Origin: a virus | Taxonomy: Duplodnaviria > Caudoviricetes | DNA: 35,093 nucleotides | IMG/VR virus record: IMGVR_UViG_3300032328_000592 | Coordinates: 1 to 35,093 of that record | Direction: 5' to 3' (one strand) | In this document: positions 9,079 to 19,922 of the stretch, one piece after another | Layout of the letters: each line of letters begins with the position of its first letter | Numbering within the stretch: the stretch's first letter is position 1 | The notes under the pieces: generated by a model | Seen by the model: the letters and a program-made list of their open reading frames with translations, nothing else | What the model was told of the DNA's origin: nothing | Databases searched by the model: none | Made by a program: the position numbers and the translations under genes

Positions 9079-10182
9079 TTATTGTTCAGTCAGTTTAAAA
9101 TATCCATATCCGTATTTTATAAGGTCCCCAAGATTGTCAACTTCACCTAATCTAAGTAAACTTTCTGTTCCTGATAATTTATCTCTGTTAATAAATACAT
9201 TTGATTGTATTTCTGTTGCATTTACCATACCAATTAATATTTCTTCTTTAACAATTGGTACTGGTGTTATATTGTTTTCGGTCAATCCTGATGAGTTCGC
9301 AATGAACAACGTATACCCTTGTGGGAAGTCATAATATAAGGTATTCAAATAAGTATAACCAGTATATTCAGGACCTAAATTTTTTACATATCCAACTATT
9401 TCACCTTTTTGTATTACGGGAACACCAGGTATATACGGGTTTGGACCATATTGTTTTAATTGTGTTAATTTTGATTTTGTAAAACCTGACACCAAAAATG
9501 GTATTGTTGTATAATTTGAAGATATTTGCGATTGGATATTATTTTCACTATCACCTGTGAATATCCATTTGTAGGATACTGGTGTTCCTGACCAATACCC
9601 ATCACGAGGAACAAAATAATATTCACCATTAGGATTATCAAAACTGACCTCAGTATATGGAATTGTTATTTTTTTTGTAGTAACCGTTGTACCCCAAGCT
9701 GCGGTACCACTTAAACTAACAGTATAAACCTTAGAATCGCCACTTGTCAGTGGTGCATAATTGTGTGATACGTATTCAGGATAAACTTTTGTTATAGTTT
9801 CAATTGGTTGGTTATCACCCCAGTCAACCCTATATAAAATATCCTGAGCAAGTATTTCAGATGTATTATAAAGATATAATGTATATGATGAATTTCCTGT
9901 TACACCACTATAGATAAAATTATTATTAATATCTTTTTGATATATTGCACCATCAAATCCCGAATAATAACCCATATCTTTATATGTTTGTGTAAACATT
10001 ACGGGTATTGTTAAACCAGTTAAAACAGAATCACCGTTAGTTCCACCACTTAACAAATACGTTAAACCCGTCCAAGCGGGTTCGTTTCTACCACCACCAT
10101 CAGGATATGGTACGTAAACATCAACCTTAGCAGATTCTAAAAATTCTTGAGATATTACTATATTATATTGTTCGGTCTTCAT
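9079..10182 (-). CDS. Hypothetical virion protein with a PKD-like motif (367 aa)
   Basis: YRVDWGD...SHNY...YTVSL resembles a PKD/Ig-like fold signature. ATGA overlap with the upstream gene. Confidence 0.7.
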   Translation of the reverse strand: MKTEQYNIVISQEFLESAKVDVYVPYPDGGGRNEPAWTGLTYLLSGGTNGDSVLTGLTIPVMFTQTYKDMGYYSGFDGAIYQKDINNNFIYSGVTGNSSYTLYLYNTSEILAQDILYRVDWGDNQPIETITKVYPEYVSHNYAPLTSGDSKVYTVSLSGTAAWGTTVTTKKITIPYTEVSFDNPNGEYYFVPRDGYWSGTPVSYKWIFTGDSENNIQSQISSNYTTIPFLVSGFTKSKLTQLKQYGPNPYIPGVPVIQKGEIVGYVKNLGPEYTGYTYLNTLYYDFPQGYTLFIANSSGLTENNITPVPIVKEEILIGMVNATEIQSNVFINRDKLSGTESLLRLGEVDNLGDLIKYGYGYFKLTEQ

Positions 10183-11030
10183 GGATTAACGTATTCATAC
10201 CATTTAATTGGGTTATAATCAGTACCAACTTTAGTTAATGTATTTAGTTCATTATCTAAAAATACTTCATAAGTATAATCATCGTAATTCAACTTAAGTG
10301 TATAGTAAAAATAAATTTCCTGTGGAAAGTTAAATTTGTTTTGTAAATCACCCTGTGGTGAATTCATCATTCTTTTAAACCCACCAATACTAGCGTCATA
10401 AAATTTTGCCGACATATATAAAGTACTAATTTCAGGGCTGAAAAATTCAGGTGATTTTAACCAATAAACAAAATAACCTTCTTTATCACCCGTAAAATTT
10501 AATTGGTATTGTGGTGTTCTAATATTAACAGTGTTTAGTCCAATAACTGTTGATGTTGTTAATCCTTGTTGTGTTGGTAAAATTATTGTCAAAAGATTTT
10601 GCTGTGCTGAACTTTTCTTTGAGTCATAAAAATCAAGCTTAAAATATGATTTTGAAAAAACATCATCATAATAATAAATTTGTTTACTTGACAACCCATT
10701 TGCTCGGTAATCTGAAACCCACGACGTATTATTTGTTGTTGCAGTTATTGATGAATCAGTTGTTGCAGAATAAAAATAAAAATCGTAATGTGTACTCGTT
10801 TTTGGACTAACGTTTATTATTTGTGACTCCCAAGATTTATGTGAATACCTTATGGTCTCAAAATTATCTATAGGATTTATCGCCTTTTGAATAATTTCAT
10901 TTTCAAAAACTTCAATGGTTTCATTAACACCATTCAAATCCCAAGTTGTTAAAATAGGTGTCTGTAACGCCAAATCAATATCTGTATTTACGTTTTGAAG
11001 GGGGTTATATCTTAATCTAAAATTATTCAC
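10179..11030 (-). CDS. Hypothetical virion protein (283 aa)
   Basis: Aromatic-rich ORF overlapping both neighbours in the structural operon. Confidence 0.7.
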   Translation of the reverse strand: MNNFRLRYNPLQNVNTDIDLALQTPILTTWDLNGVNETIEVFENEIIQKAINPIDNFETIRYSHKSWESQIINVSPKTSTHYDFYFYSATTDSSITATTNNTSWVSDYRANGLSSKQIYYYDDVFSKSYFKLDFYDSKKSSAQQNLLTIILPTQQGLTTSTVIGLNTVNIRTPQYQLNFTGDKEGYFVYWLKSPEFFSPEISTLYMSAKFYDASIGGFKRMMNSPQGDLQNKFNFPQEIYFYYTLKLNYDDYTYEVFLDNELNTLTKVGTDYNPIKWYEYVNP

Positions 11031-12792
11031 AGAAGTCTTTAATTGGTTGAGCGGTTACCGCAACTGATTGATTTATATTACTATATGGTGTTGATTGTAA
11101 GAACAATATTTGTGAAAAAGGATAATGTGCATCATTTAAAAATGGATAATCAACACCTTTCCCATTTTCAAATACACCATAATCCAAAATTGTTCTCCAT
11201 ATCCAAGTGTTTAAATTTTGTGAAAAATATGCCCAAGATGGTCTTGTGTTAACATTTTGACCAACAGCAGTATTAATGGAATCGGCAAAATCTCTTAACT
11301 TAACAGGATTGTGCGGCGTATAAAAATAACCTGGAGGATTATTGCTTGTAAACATCTGTGTTTGATATAACGTATCGTTAAAGGTTATTTTATGTTTACA
11401 ACTTGACACAACATATTCTGTTTGTTCAATATCATTATATTCACAAAAATCACCACTTAATACATCACCAATATTTAATGGTTGATTATAATAAAATGTA
11501 TATTCATTACCGTTTGATACTTTATTGTATGAACTAACAGGTATTTCAACCAAGTTTTCACTGCTGTTTGTTTCCCACCAATCATCTAAACTATCAGAAT
11601 GGAAATTAAATGACCAGCCTTTTTGTAATCCATATTTATCAGTTATGGTTGGTTTTGGTTTGTTAAACCATCCGTAATATCCTTTGTTTACAATACTAAC
11701 AAACACGTTGGTAATCGGTTTCATGTTGTTATCAACTAAACCGTTAATATTTAAATCCTTTTTAAATGTAAAACTATATGATTGTGAATTTTCTTTAATT
11801 GAAACTCTTTGTTGTAGATTTGGTGTTAGAGCCGAGTATTCTAATTTTTGTTGGTTAGGAAATGGTACGTGTTCGAATCCCATTTTACTAATATCTGAAT
11901 CGTTTTCATTTGTTAATACTTTATGTAACCTAACATAATATTTTGATTTACTTTCACCTGAATTTGAAATGTCACCAATTCTTTTGAATGTACCTGAAAC
12001 ACCATTAACAAACGTTGTACCTGTGTATCCCGGATTTATAATTGAAAAGCTACTGTTTCTATTATCAAATCCGTCTTCACCCAATAAATCAACCTTAAAT
12101 AACTTATTACCATTATAATTAATGGACAATTCAACATATTGATAATCAGTCAAGTTATGATTACCCCCACATCTAAAGGTTATATAGTTTATCCCCCTTT
12201 GTACTGTGTTGATAATTGTAAAAGGTATTCCATCTTCAACCACAAAACTTAATGGTGTTCCATTAATTTGTCTGTCAACATATGACATTGTTTGTTTTGT
12301 ATCAGATGAAAAAGGATAAGTTAAATAAACACCCCAATTATATGTTGAAGCGCTTTGCGGCTGTAAAATATTATGCGGGTTTTCAACATCATTTCTGATA
12401 AAATTAAATTCATTATATTGTGGAAGTCCCGCCCACTTTAATCCAAAAGTATCAGGAACTCTTTCAAAATTGTTAAACAAAATTTGATTTTTTTGTACAA
12501 CAGATAATGGATTTGTCAAATATAAAAAGTTTTTGTACCCATCATAATCCGTAGTACCTGATATCACATTTGAAAAAATGTTTGATATTTTTCCACCTAT
12601 TCTAAATGTTGTTGATGATTGTCTTTCAACTTCAGTTTGTTCAGCAGCATTTATATTACTAATTCGGTCTGAATCAATTAACTCTTTTCGGTCACCAACT
12701 AATTCAATAGGTAATGAAATTAATCTTTCAGATGCACCTTTGTATCTAAGGTTACCTTTAATAATTGTTATATCATTTTGAATATTACCCAT
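11023..12792 (-). CDS. Hypothetical virion protein (589 aa)
   Basis: Long ORF with TAATG coupling to the upstream 1745-aa gene. Confidence 0.7.
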   Translation of the reverse strand: MGNIQNDITIIKGNLRYKGASERLISLPIELVGDRKELIDSDRISNINAAEQTEVERQSSTTFRIGGKISNIFSNVISGTTDYDGYKNFLYLTNPLSVVQKNQILFNNFERVPDTFGLKWAGLPQYNEFNFIRNDVENPHNILQPQSASTYNWGVYLTYPFSSDTKQTMSYVDRQINGTPLSFVVEDGIPFTIINTVQRGINYITFRCGGNHNLTDYQYVELSINYNGNKLFKVDLLGEDGFDNRNSSFSIINPGYTGTTFVNGVSGTFKRIGDISNSGESKSKYYVRLHKVLTNENDSDISKMGFEHVPFPNQQKLEYSALTPNLQQRVSIKENSQSYSFTFKKDLNINGLVDNNMKPITNVFVSIVNKGYYGWFNKPKPTITDKYGLQKGWSFNFHSDSLDDWWETNSSENLVEIPVSSYNKVSNGNEYTFYYNQPLNIGDVLSGDFCEYNDIEQTEYVVSSCKHKITFNDTLYQTQMFTSNNPPGYFYTPHNPVKLRDFADSINTAVGQNVNTRPSWAYFSQNLNTWIWRTILDYGVFENGKGVDYPFLNDAHYPFSQILFLQSTPYSNINQSVAVTAQPIKDFCE

Positions 12793-15700
12793 TATATATT
12801 AATTAGATTTTTAGTTACAAATATGTCAAAAGCGGTTTTACCCTTTTTTAATCCAAAATAGAAATGATAAGGTGCACCAACAATAAATTTATTATTAGAA
12901 CTAGTTGTTAAAAAACCATTATACGTAAAACCTATGACATTTCCATTTGAATCTTTTGATTGACTTGAGTTATAAATATATCCAGGTCTTTGCACTGTTG
13001 GGTGTGTTTCACTACTAGCAAAATATGTACTATCATTTAACCTATCAATACTCTGATACGGTGTTATGTAAAAATCAGATTGTTGTGTTGCCCAGTTGTT
13101 TGATTCACTACCAAAAATACTTGGTACAGGTGCGTTACCTTGTTTTATTTCCCATTTATACATAGGAACAATTTGCGTTTTATGACCAAATGTGTTGTAT
13201 CCAAATTTTGTTATAGTATCAACAAATATTTCACGACCTGGTGATATATAATCTCTTGTAACGGTATCAGAACTAAAGAATACACCCACAACAGGTTTTG
13301 GGGTTGCACCATAAAATAAATTACCTTCACTATACGATTCGGGTGAAAAAGGTATAACACCAATTTCATTATTAATACTATTTAATTGTGCGAAATCACC
13401 GTCAATTTTTTGTGCCGGTCTACTAAATAATTCAGAAATAGATGAGTCACCCAAACTTAATAATCTTTCCAAAAAGTCTGCATTTGATAATCTACTAATA
13501 ATAAAATACTGTATCAAATCACTAACACCCTGAAATGATGTTGCCTTTAATCTATCTGCAACATATCCTTGAAATTCAGGTTGAGCACAAACGTTTTTAA
13601 TGATATTATCTTTAGGACCTAAATCCACAATGGTTGTTGGATTACCTAAAAAGTATTGATTACCAAAATTATCTGCAACTTGAGTATTTCTCATTCCAAT
13701 AAATTGACCTGTGTTTTGATTAAATGGTGATGACCGATAGAAAAAAGAATTGTTTTCTTCTTTAAAAACAATTTTTTCTTTACAATAAAGATATGTTGGG
13801 TTTGTAACTTCAATTCCCGGATATATCTTATCATTTTGGAAACCAGGCATATATAGAACACCATTAATCCAATTGTTGGTAAATGTCATACCAAAAACAT
13901 TTCTACAAATTGCAAATCCCATTAAGAATCTTGATTTCCATTCTGCAAATGATTTTAAATCATCACTAATTGCCAAATCTTTGGCAACTAAAGTATAACA
14001 TCCATTTGTCACGATAGGATATTTTTTATCACCACCAGTATAATAAACAGAATCTTCTTTTGGTTTAACAGTCATACCTTTACCGGCAGTTTGTGTATAC
14101 GCACCTAACGGAACAATTGTGTTACAATTAAAACTACTCATAACTGATGTTGTTCCCGTACCGTAACTATCAATCATGTCACCATTGTTATTTAGGTTAA
14201 AGTCAGATGCGTTTGAAATGGTCGCCCCAACATTAAGAACGTTTCCACTGTCCTCGACAATGTATGTTGAAAACGTTTTATTCTGTGCAAATACAAATCT
14301 ATTATCAATGTTTTCTGATGTTGGTAATCTATCAGCTCTCATAACAATGTTTGTACTATTCGACATATTCAACTCGTTTGCAGTTAAGTTATAGTGTTCT
14401 GAAACATAGTCATTACCGCCAGCGTCATAAACATTTGGGTCGAGATTGTGACAAGAATACATGATGCTACCACCTTCAACATATTCATTTAGATAATATC
14501 CGTTCTTGTTGTTTTTAACAAAATCATTTCCAAAACAAAGTCCACCAAATATTGGACCAGGACTTTCAGCAACAACTAAATAACCACCAACAATTTTTCC
14601 ATAACCCGGTGTTGCGTTTTTAAATCTAACATTTGTTGTTGAATCTAAATTTGAAAAATATAAATGTTTTTTAGTTTTGTATGGTACGTAATCAAATTCA
14701 CCATTACCAACTGATGGTGTAAATGTATATGATGGATAGAATAAATTGGTTGAGCTATTGTTATTAGTTAATTGATTGTGTCTTGGTAAGACTAATCCTT
14801 CTTGAATAGGTATGTTTAATTTATAATTACTTTCAACCACCAATTCACCGTAGTTTAATCCTAACGGTAATGAAATGTCAATCTTTGTTGTTTGTCTTGA
14901 TGAATATGGGTCAACACCCTTCATCGCAATAACAACAACTAAATTTTGATAGTTTTCAAATTTACTTAAAGGTGATATCAATTCAGGAGGTCGCTTTTCT
15001 ATTGGGTTTCTATCGTCCATTTTAGAAAAGATTGTCATTGTGCCATTAATAACCCTACTAACAAAACTACTATCAGATAAAGTTTTATTATTAGTTAATG
15101 ATAATACCGTGTTAACCGTAACCGCAGTAACAACTTGTAAATACTCAACATCAGATGCAAACGCATAACTGGTTACACCACTAATATATGAGTTTTGTAC
15201 AATTTTAAAATCCTTATAACTAATCAACGTATCTTGATTGTCTGGGTCGGCATATGGTATATTAATAATATTATTACCATATGGAATTGTTGTACCTGTT
15301 TTTGTATTTAACTTCAATTCATTTGTACTAGTTGTTGCACTGGTGTTAACATCTGAAGTTGTCGCAGGATTCATAAAGGTAAACAATTTACCTGTTGTGA
15401 AATTTTTTAATTGGTCACTGTCCATTAAAAAAACCATTGGCATATCCTCGTAAAACTTCCACTCATTGTTAATGTTATTAATTGTATTAGCAGTATAGTT
15501 TGGATATACCTTAATTCTGTTTGTTCCACCACCAGCTGTTTTTGTAAAATAATGTGATTTTGTATTATACAAATTAATTCTTTCAGGTATTGGTAAATCG
15601 TTTCTGCTCCAAAAAAAATCGTTATTTGGATTATTATAGAATGGTGTTCTGGCGTAATTAGTTTTTTCAACAGTTCCATTACCAGCCATAACCTGACCAT

Positions 15701-18029
15701 ATCCACCATTTTCAATAGCAATTAAATTATCATCATCAGGATTGTCTTTATTAACATACGCATTTGATGAATTAATATCGGCCAATGGTGATGTGTTTGG
15801 ACTGTCACTTCTTACCTTTGTGCTGATTTGAGTTTCACCACAATCACAAGTTGAGCAATCGGGATAGGTTATCATTGGTAATTTAAATGATGGGAAGACA
15901 ACATCAATAAGTTGTTTAAAGAAAATACCCATTGTAACCACTAGAGCTAAATAAGCGAGTGACTTAAGACCCGCTGTCACCATCGCACCAAATGCTGGAT
16001 ATCCAGCAACAGCTGCCACACCTTCTTGGTACGCCAAATAAGTAAATAAACCCATTAATAGGATTAACAAATAAGGTGCAAAGTTATTCCATAAAAATTT
16101 AACAATATGATAAATTATTATTATTAACGCACCTGTAATACCAAGTATTTGGAATAAAATTGAAACTATAAAATATAGAAGGTCAAAGTTTCTAACCCCA
16201 TCATTGATTGGAAACTTATTAACTTCAGAATCACAACTTCTGTCTAATATTTCTTTAATGGATAAGAATCTACTTCTATTTGTTCCTTTCCTATACTCAT
16301 CAATTAGTTGTGCGGTTGTGTAAACTTTATTATAATTAAATTCATAGAAAAAATCTTGACAGCTAATTGCTTCATTTTTATTAGGATAATCATCCCAATC
16401 TAATGAAAAAGCATATGACCTTTGAAATAGTGAAAATTTATAATTGTAATTATTAAAATTAAGTGTTACAGTTTGTGGCGTTTCAATTACTACTCCATTT
16501 ACAACATCTGTTGTTGTTTTCTTTTCAACCGTGATTTCTAATGTTTCATTTCCGTTTGGTAAATCAACCCATTTTGAATTGTCAACAATATTATTAATTT
16601 TATAAGATATACTTTTATATTCACCTAAAACTGAACTAATTAATAACGCTCTTCCACCTGAACCAAAGTCAGATGATGTAAAAGTTTTTGTTTCAATTAA
16701 TTTGGTTTCATCACCAAATATTGGTGAGAATTCAGTTGTGTTACTTAATGTTGATGGGTCAGTTCCATTATCCCATCCATATTCTTTAACGTTTGGAACC
16801 AAAAAGTTTCCACGTAATAAACTACCTTTTGGATTAAAAGCCGAAAGATTTAATAAGTTTGGACCAATAATACTACTTGATGTTTGTATCGCACCAACTT
16901 CTTTTTCACCTTCATTTGTTTTAACTTTGAATCTATACTTACCCTTTGTTGGAATACCCACACTTGGGTTATTTGAAAAAATTAATTCACCAAATTCATT
17001 TGTTGTTACATAATCCAAGTTCATTGGTACATCAACAACAAAGGCACCATTTTCATCAATTACTTTACCACCTTGTTCTAATTGATATTGTTCTAATATT
17101 GGGTCACCATTAAGATTGGTATTTATTGTTTGTCTTACGGCTAAAATTCTACCAGGTCCTGCAACCATACCACATAAATCACCTTGTTCTGAACTTGGTT
17201 TACAATTGTTTTTCAAAATAACAGAATCGTTTGATGTCATAATTGAACCCATAAAAGTTGCAGTTGGTTCAATTGTTATATTTGAATCCCTTAAATCAAA
17301 ATCAACTCTTGTTATTCCGACATCACAAATATCTCCTGTCCCCCAAAAAGATGAAACCGAAATACTTTTTCTTTGATTAACAATTTGTGGTAATGATGAT
17401 AAATCAGCAGAAGTTTTAAATTGATTACCATCAAATTGCTTTGGGTTGCCAAGATTCATTCTAATTAAATCAGTTGGTCTTAATGAAAAACAACCCATAT
17501 CAGATAAATCAACATCTAATATAACTTGTTGGTTTCCTAATGGGACACCAACAATCATATAATCACCAGACTCATTTGTTTTTACTGTGTACTTATAGTA
17601 TTTTTCATATATTTGTAATACTTCAGTTCTTGTTAAAACATCTTCTCTTGTTGGAAAAGTACCTGTGGCAGCGTGTCCTTCATACGAAGGCGTGTATGGA
17701 AGTAAGTTATATCTATAACCATCTTCATTTTTGTCAGTAACATTCTTATAAGGATATAATGCCGATATTACAGGGTCATTTTGGTCAACAGCGTCAATTG
17801 GTACAAATACCGATACTTTAGCATTTGGAACACCATATCCACCATTAGCAATTACGCGACCAACAACAACACCATAGTCAGAACAAAAACTTCTGTACAC
17901 ATCAGATTGCGTAAGTTTCAATGATAGAATTTCTAAGAAATCAAAATCTTGGTCAACTTGTACTTTTATTGTTTTGTCGGATTGAGTACTATTTCCTACT
18001 GATGTTCGTATCCTATAACTTTTAGGCAT
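12792..18029 (-). CDS. Large baseplate/tail-associated protein (1745 aa) with an N-terminal carboxypeptidase-regulatory-like beta domain and internal hydrophobic helices
   Basis: YGVVVGRVIANGGYGVPNAKVSVF...VKTNESGDYMIVGVPLG is a transthyretin/CarboxypepD_reg-like pattern. There is a ~90-aa hydrophobic stretch. The gene lies directly downstream of gp6. Confidence 0.7.
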   Translation of the reverse strand: MPKSYRIRTSVGNSTQSDKTIKVQVDQDFDFLEILSLKLTQSDVYRSFCSDYGVVVGRVIANGGYGVPNAKVSVFVPIDAVDQNDPVISALYPYKNVTDKNEDGYRYNLLPYTPSYEGHAATGTFPTREDVLTRTEVLQIYEKYYKYTVKTNESGDYMIVGVPLGNQQVILDVDLSDMGCFSLRPTDLIRMNLGNPKQFDGNQFKTSADLSSLPQIVNQRKSISVSSFWGTGDICDVGITRVDFDLRDSNITIEPTATFMGSIMTSNDSVILKNNCKPSSEQGDLCGMVAGPGRILAVRQTINTNLNGDPILEQYQLEQGGKVIDENGAFVVDVPMNLDYVTTNEFGELIFSNNPSVGIPTKGKYRFKVKTNEGEKEVGAIQTSSSIIGPNLLNLSAFNPKGSLLRGNFLVPNVKEYGWDNGTDPSTLSNTTEFSPIFGDETKLIETKTFTSSDFGSGGRALLISSVLGEYKSISYKINNIVDNSKWVDLPNGNETLEITVEKKTTTDVVNGVVIETPQTVTLNFNNYNYKFSLFQRSYAFSLDWDDYPNKNEAISCQDFFYEFNYNKVYTTAQLIDEYRKGTNRSRFLSIKEILDRSCDSEVNKFPINDGVRNFDLLYFIVSILFQILGITGALIIIIYHIVKFLWNNFAPYLLILLMGLFTYLAYQEGVAAVAGYPAFGAMVTAGLKSLAYLALVVTMGIFFKQLIDVVFPSFKLPMITYPDCSTCDCGETQISTKVRSDSPNTSPLADINSSNAYVNKDNPDDDNLIAIENGGYGQVMAGNGTVEKTNYARTPFYNNPNNDFFWSRNDLPIPERINLYNTKSHYFTKTAGGGTNRIKVYPNYTANTINNINNEWKFYEDMPMVFLMDSDQLKNFTTGKLFTFMNPATTSDVNTSATTSTNELKLNTKTGTTIPYGNNIINIPYADPDNQDTLISYKDFKIVQNSYISGVTSYAFASDVEYLQVVTAVTVNTVLSLTNNKTLSDSSFVSRVINGTMTIFSKMDDRNPIEKRPPELISPLSKFENYQNLVVVIAMKGVDPYSSRQTTKIDISLPLGLNYGELVVESNYKLNIPIQEGLVLPRHNQLTNNNSSTNLFYPSYTFTPSVGNGEFDYVPYKTKKHLYFSNLDSTTNVRFKNATPGYGKIVGGYLVVAESPGPIFGGLCFGNDFVKNNKNGYYLNEYVEGGSIMYSCHNLDPNVYDAGGNDYVSEHYNLTANELNMSNSTNIVMRADRLPTSENIDNRFVFAQNKTFSTYIVEDSGNVLNVGATISNASDFNLNNNGDMIDSYGTGTTSVMSSFNCNTIVPLGAYTQTAGKGMTVKPKEDSVYYTGGDKKYPIVTNGCYTLVAKDLAISDDLKSFAEWKSRFLMGFAICRNVFGMTFTNNWINGVLYMPGFQNDKIYPGIEVTNPTYLYCKEKIVFKEENNSFFYRSSPFNQNTGQFIGMRNTQVADNFGNQYFLGNPTTIVDLGPKDNIIKNVCAQPEFQGYVADRLKATSFQGVSDLIQYFIISRLSNADFLERLLSLGDSSISELFSRPAQKIDGDFAQLNSINNEIGVIPFSPESYSEGNLFYGATPKPVVGVFFSSDTVTRDYISPGREIFVDTITKFGYNTFGHKTQIVPMYKWEIKQGNAPVPSIFGSESNNWATQQSDFYITPYQSIDRLNDSTYFASSETHPTVQRPGYIYNSSQSKDSNGNVIGFTYNGFLTTSSNNKFIVGAPYHFYFGLKKGKTAFDIFVTKNLINI

Positions 18030-18043
18030 AATTGTTCTTTCTC

Positions 18044-18080
18044 ATAAATAGTTAATCTCTTATTTTACAAAAATAGTTAA
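18044..18080 (-). promoter_or_regulatory. Tandem promoter-like elements TATTTTTG (TAnnTTTG match) and TATTTATG, each within a TTAACTATTT direct repeat
   Basis: aaatagttaa occurs at 18046-18055 and 18071-18080 on the + strand, in the 70-bp intergenic gap. Confidence 0.5.
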
Positions 18081-18099
18081 AGTAATTTCCTTGTGAATA

Positions 18100-19917
18100 T
18101 TATTGTTTCACACGGATACCGATATCTGTATTAGAATATCTAATTTGGTAGAATTCAGTTGGTTGTGCGTAAATAACATCATCAATTAATTTAATTTCTT
18201 TTGTTGTTGAATCTTGATATTTCTGTGCAGTCTGTGAGCTTGAATATTTACCACCAACTCTATTGAATACTTTCACATCTGATATGTTTACAACACCTTC
18301 AATATTTTGAACAATACTTTTAATTTCAGATATTAGAACGTCTTGACCAAATTCTCTTGATTGTGGTAACATATAATCATTAACTTTACTTACAATATCA
18401 GATATTATTGAATTTTGATTTGTGTTTTTTGTTAATGTAACGTAGATTTCAAAAGCCAAGTCAATAACTTTACCAGTGTCAACGCTAACATAATCATTCA
18501 TCATTCTGTAGTTTGACAAATATGATGCAATATTAGTTTTTAATACTTGCGGAACATTTTGAGTCATTTTTCCATTAACATCCTGACTTAAAATAATAAC
18601 ATTAATTTTGTTATTATTTTCCAAAATACCAATTTTAGCAGGAACACCAAATTGTCCTGGCATTTTTTGTAGTATTGAATAGTAATCACCAATGGTAACC
18701 GCTCTGTTTTGTGAACTAAAATTAAATGTTACATAATTTCTAACTTCTTCAATTGATGGTGGATTAGAACCTCCAATCGCAGCAGTTACGTTTGTACATT
18801 GTATTGAGTTTCTAACAGCATTTGCAATTTCAGCTGATGAGCCATTTACGTCAAACAATACATTTCCAACTGTATTGATTACGTTAACCCCAACATTACT
18901 TTCAAGTCCACCACCAACACGGTATTGAATGAATAATGTTGTATTCGGTGTTGGTATATAACCCAAACTTAAATTGTTTTGATAGTCATTAATCCTTAAA
19001 GTTACACCATTTTGTGCAAATGACGCCAATTGGTCATCCGCAGATGTATTACCACCCCCAAAAGTTAATTTCATAAAATTTTCAGGTGTGAATTCAGTGA
19101 TAAACTTGTTGTTTGTACGTATATATTTACCAACCTTTATATTCGACTGGTCCGTTGTTTTTGTAGGGTCAGGAATAAAAACCGTGTCCTCGGCTAACGA
19201 CGGTACTTCATACCATTTACCTGTAGGACTTAAAAATTCTTGGTATGTAGGAACATTATTATATGTTATACCATCTTTTTGAATTATTGATAACACATTA
19301 ATTACATTTCTTTCAGGTAAATATAAACTTAAAAATGGTGTTGCGTCAGCCTGTGTTATTACTTTTTTGAAGACTTTGGTGATACCATTTACCAAAACCT
19401 CTCTTTTTACAATATTATAACTTTGTACATTGTTTGAACCGTCCAATATTGGAATTACCTTTTGGTTTGGTTCACCGGATGAACTAAATGCCGATGAAAA
19501 ATTAATATCGTTAATATTTTCAAATGTTTGACCCGCACCCACAAATTGGGAACCAGCTTTTAAAACGCCCATATAATCAGGATTTGGTCTATCACCCAAT
19601 ACGGGTACATTAATACTAACGTCACAAACGGAAATTGACGGTCTGTTACCCGGTATTTTTAAACCATAAGTTCTAGCTATATTATATATTGAACTTCTTT
19701 CTTTAGCAAATTCAAGAACAGTTTCTTGAATACTTCTATCAATATGATAATGTAAATTGTCTGTTACCGCAGCGTTTAAATCCATTAAAACTGAAAAAAT
19801 TGATGCGTCATTAAAATTGTCAATTAGGTCAGGATAATACTTTCTAGTATAATCAATAAGTTCTTGTCTTATAGCGGCAAAATCTCGGACGGTATAGGAT
19901 ATTCTTTTCTCAGCCAT
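18100..19917 (-). CDS. Baseplate wedge subunit, T4 gp6 / baseplate J-like (605 aa)
   Basis: N-terminal SYTVRDFAAIRQELIDY, plus IYNIARTYGLK, YRVGGGLESNV and QNRAVTIGDY (RAVTxxDY). Adjacent to the gp25-like gene. Confidence 0.88.
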   Translation of the reverse strand: MAEKRISYTVRDFAAIRQELIDYTRKYYPDLIDNFNDASIFSVLMDLNAAVTDNLHYHIDRSIQETVLEFAKERSSIYNIARTYGLKIPGNRPSISVCDVSINVPVLGDRPNPDYMGVLKAGSQFVGAGQTFENINDINFSSAFSSSGEPNQKVIPILDGSNNVQSYNIVKREVLVNGITKVFKKVITQADATPFLSLYLPERNVINVLSIIQKDGITYNNVPTYQEFLSPTGKWYEVPSLAEDTVFIPDPTKTTDQSNIKVGKYIRTNNKFITEFTPENFMKLTFGGGNTSADDQLASFAQNGVTLRINDYQNNLSLGYIPTPNTTLFIQYRVGGGLESNVGVNVINTVGNVLFDVNGSSAEIANAVRNSIQCTNVTAAIGGSNPPSIEEVRNYVTFNFSSQNRAVTIGDYYSILQKMPGQFGVPAKIGILENNNKINVIILSQDVNGKMTQNVPQVLKTNIASYLSNYRMMNDYVSVDTGKVIDLAFEIYVTLTKNTNQNSIISDIVSKVNDYMLPQSREFGQDVLISEIKSIVQNIEGVVNISDVKVFNRVGGKYSSSQTAQKYQDSTTKEIKLIDDVIYAQPTEFYQIRYSNTDIGIRVKQ

Positions 19918-19922
19918 TTATG

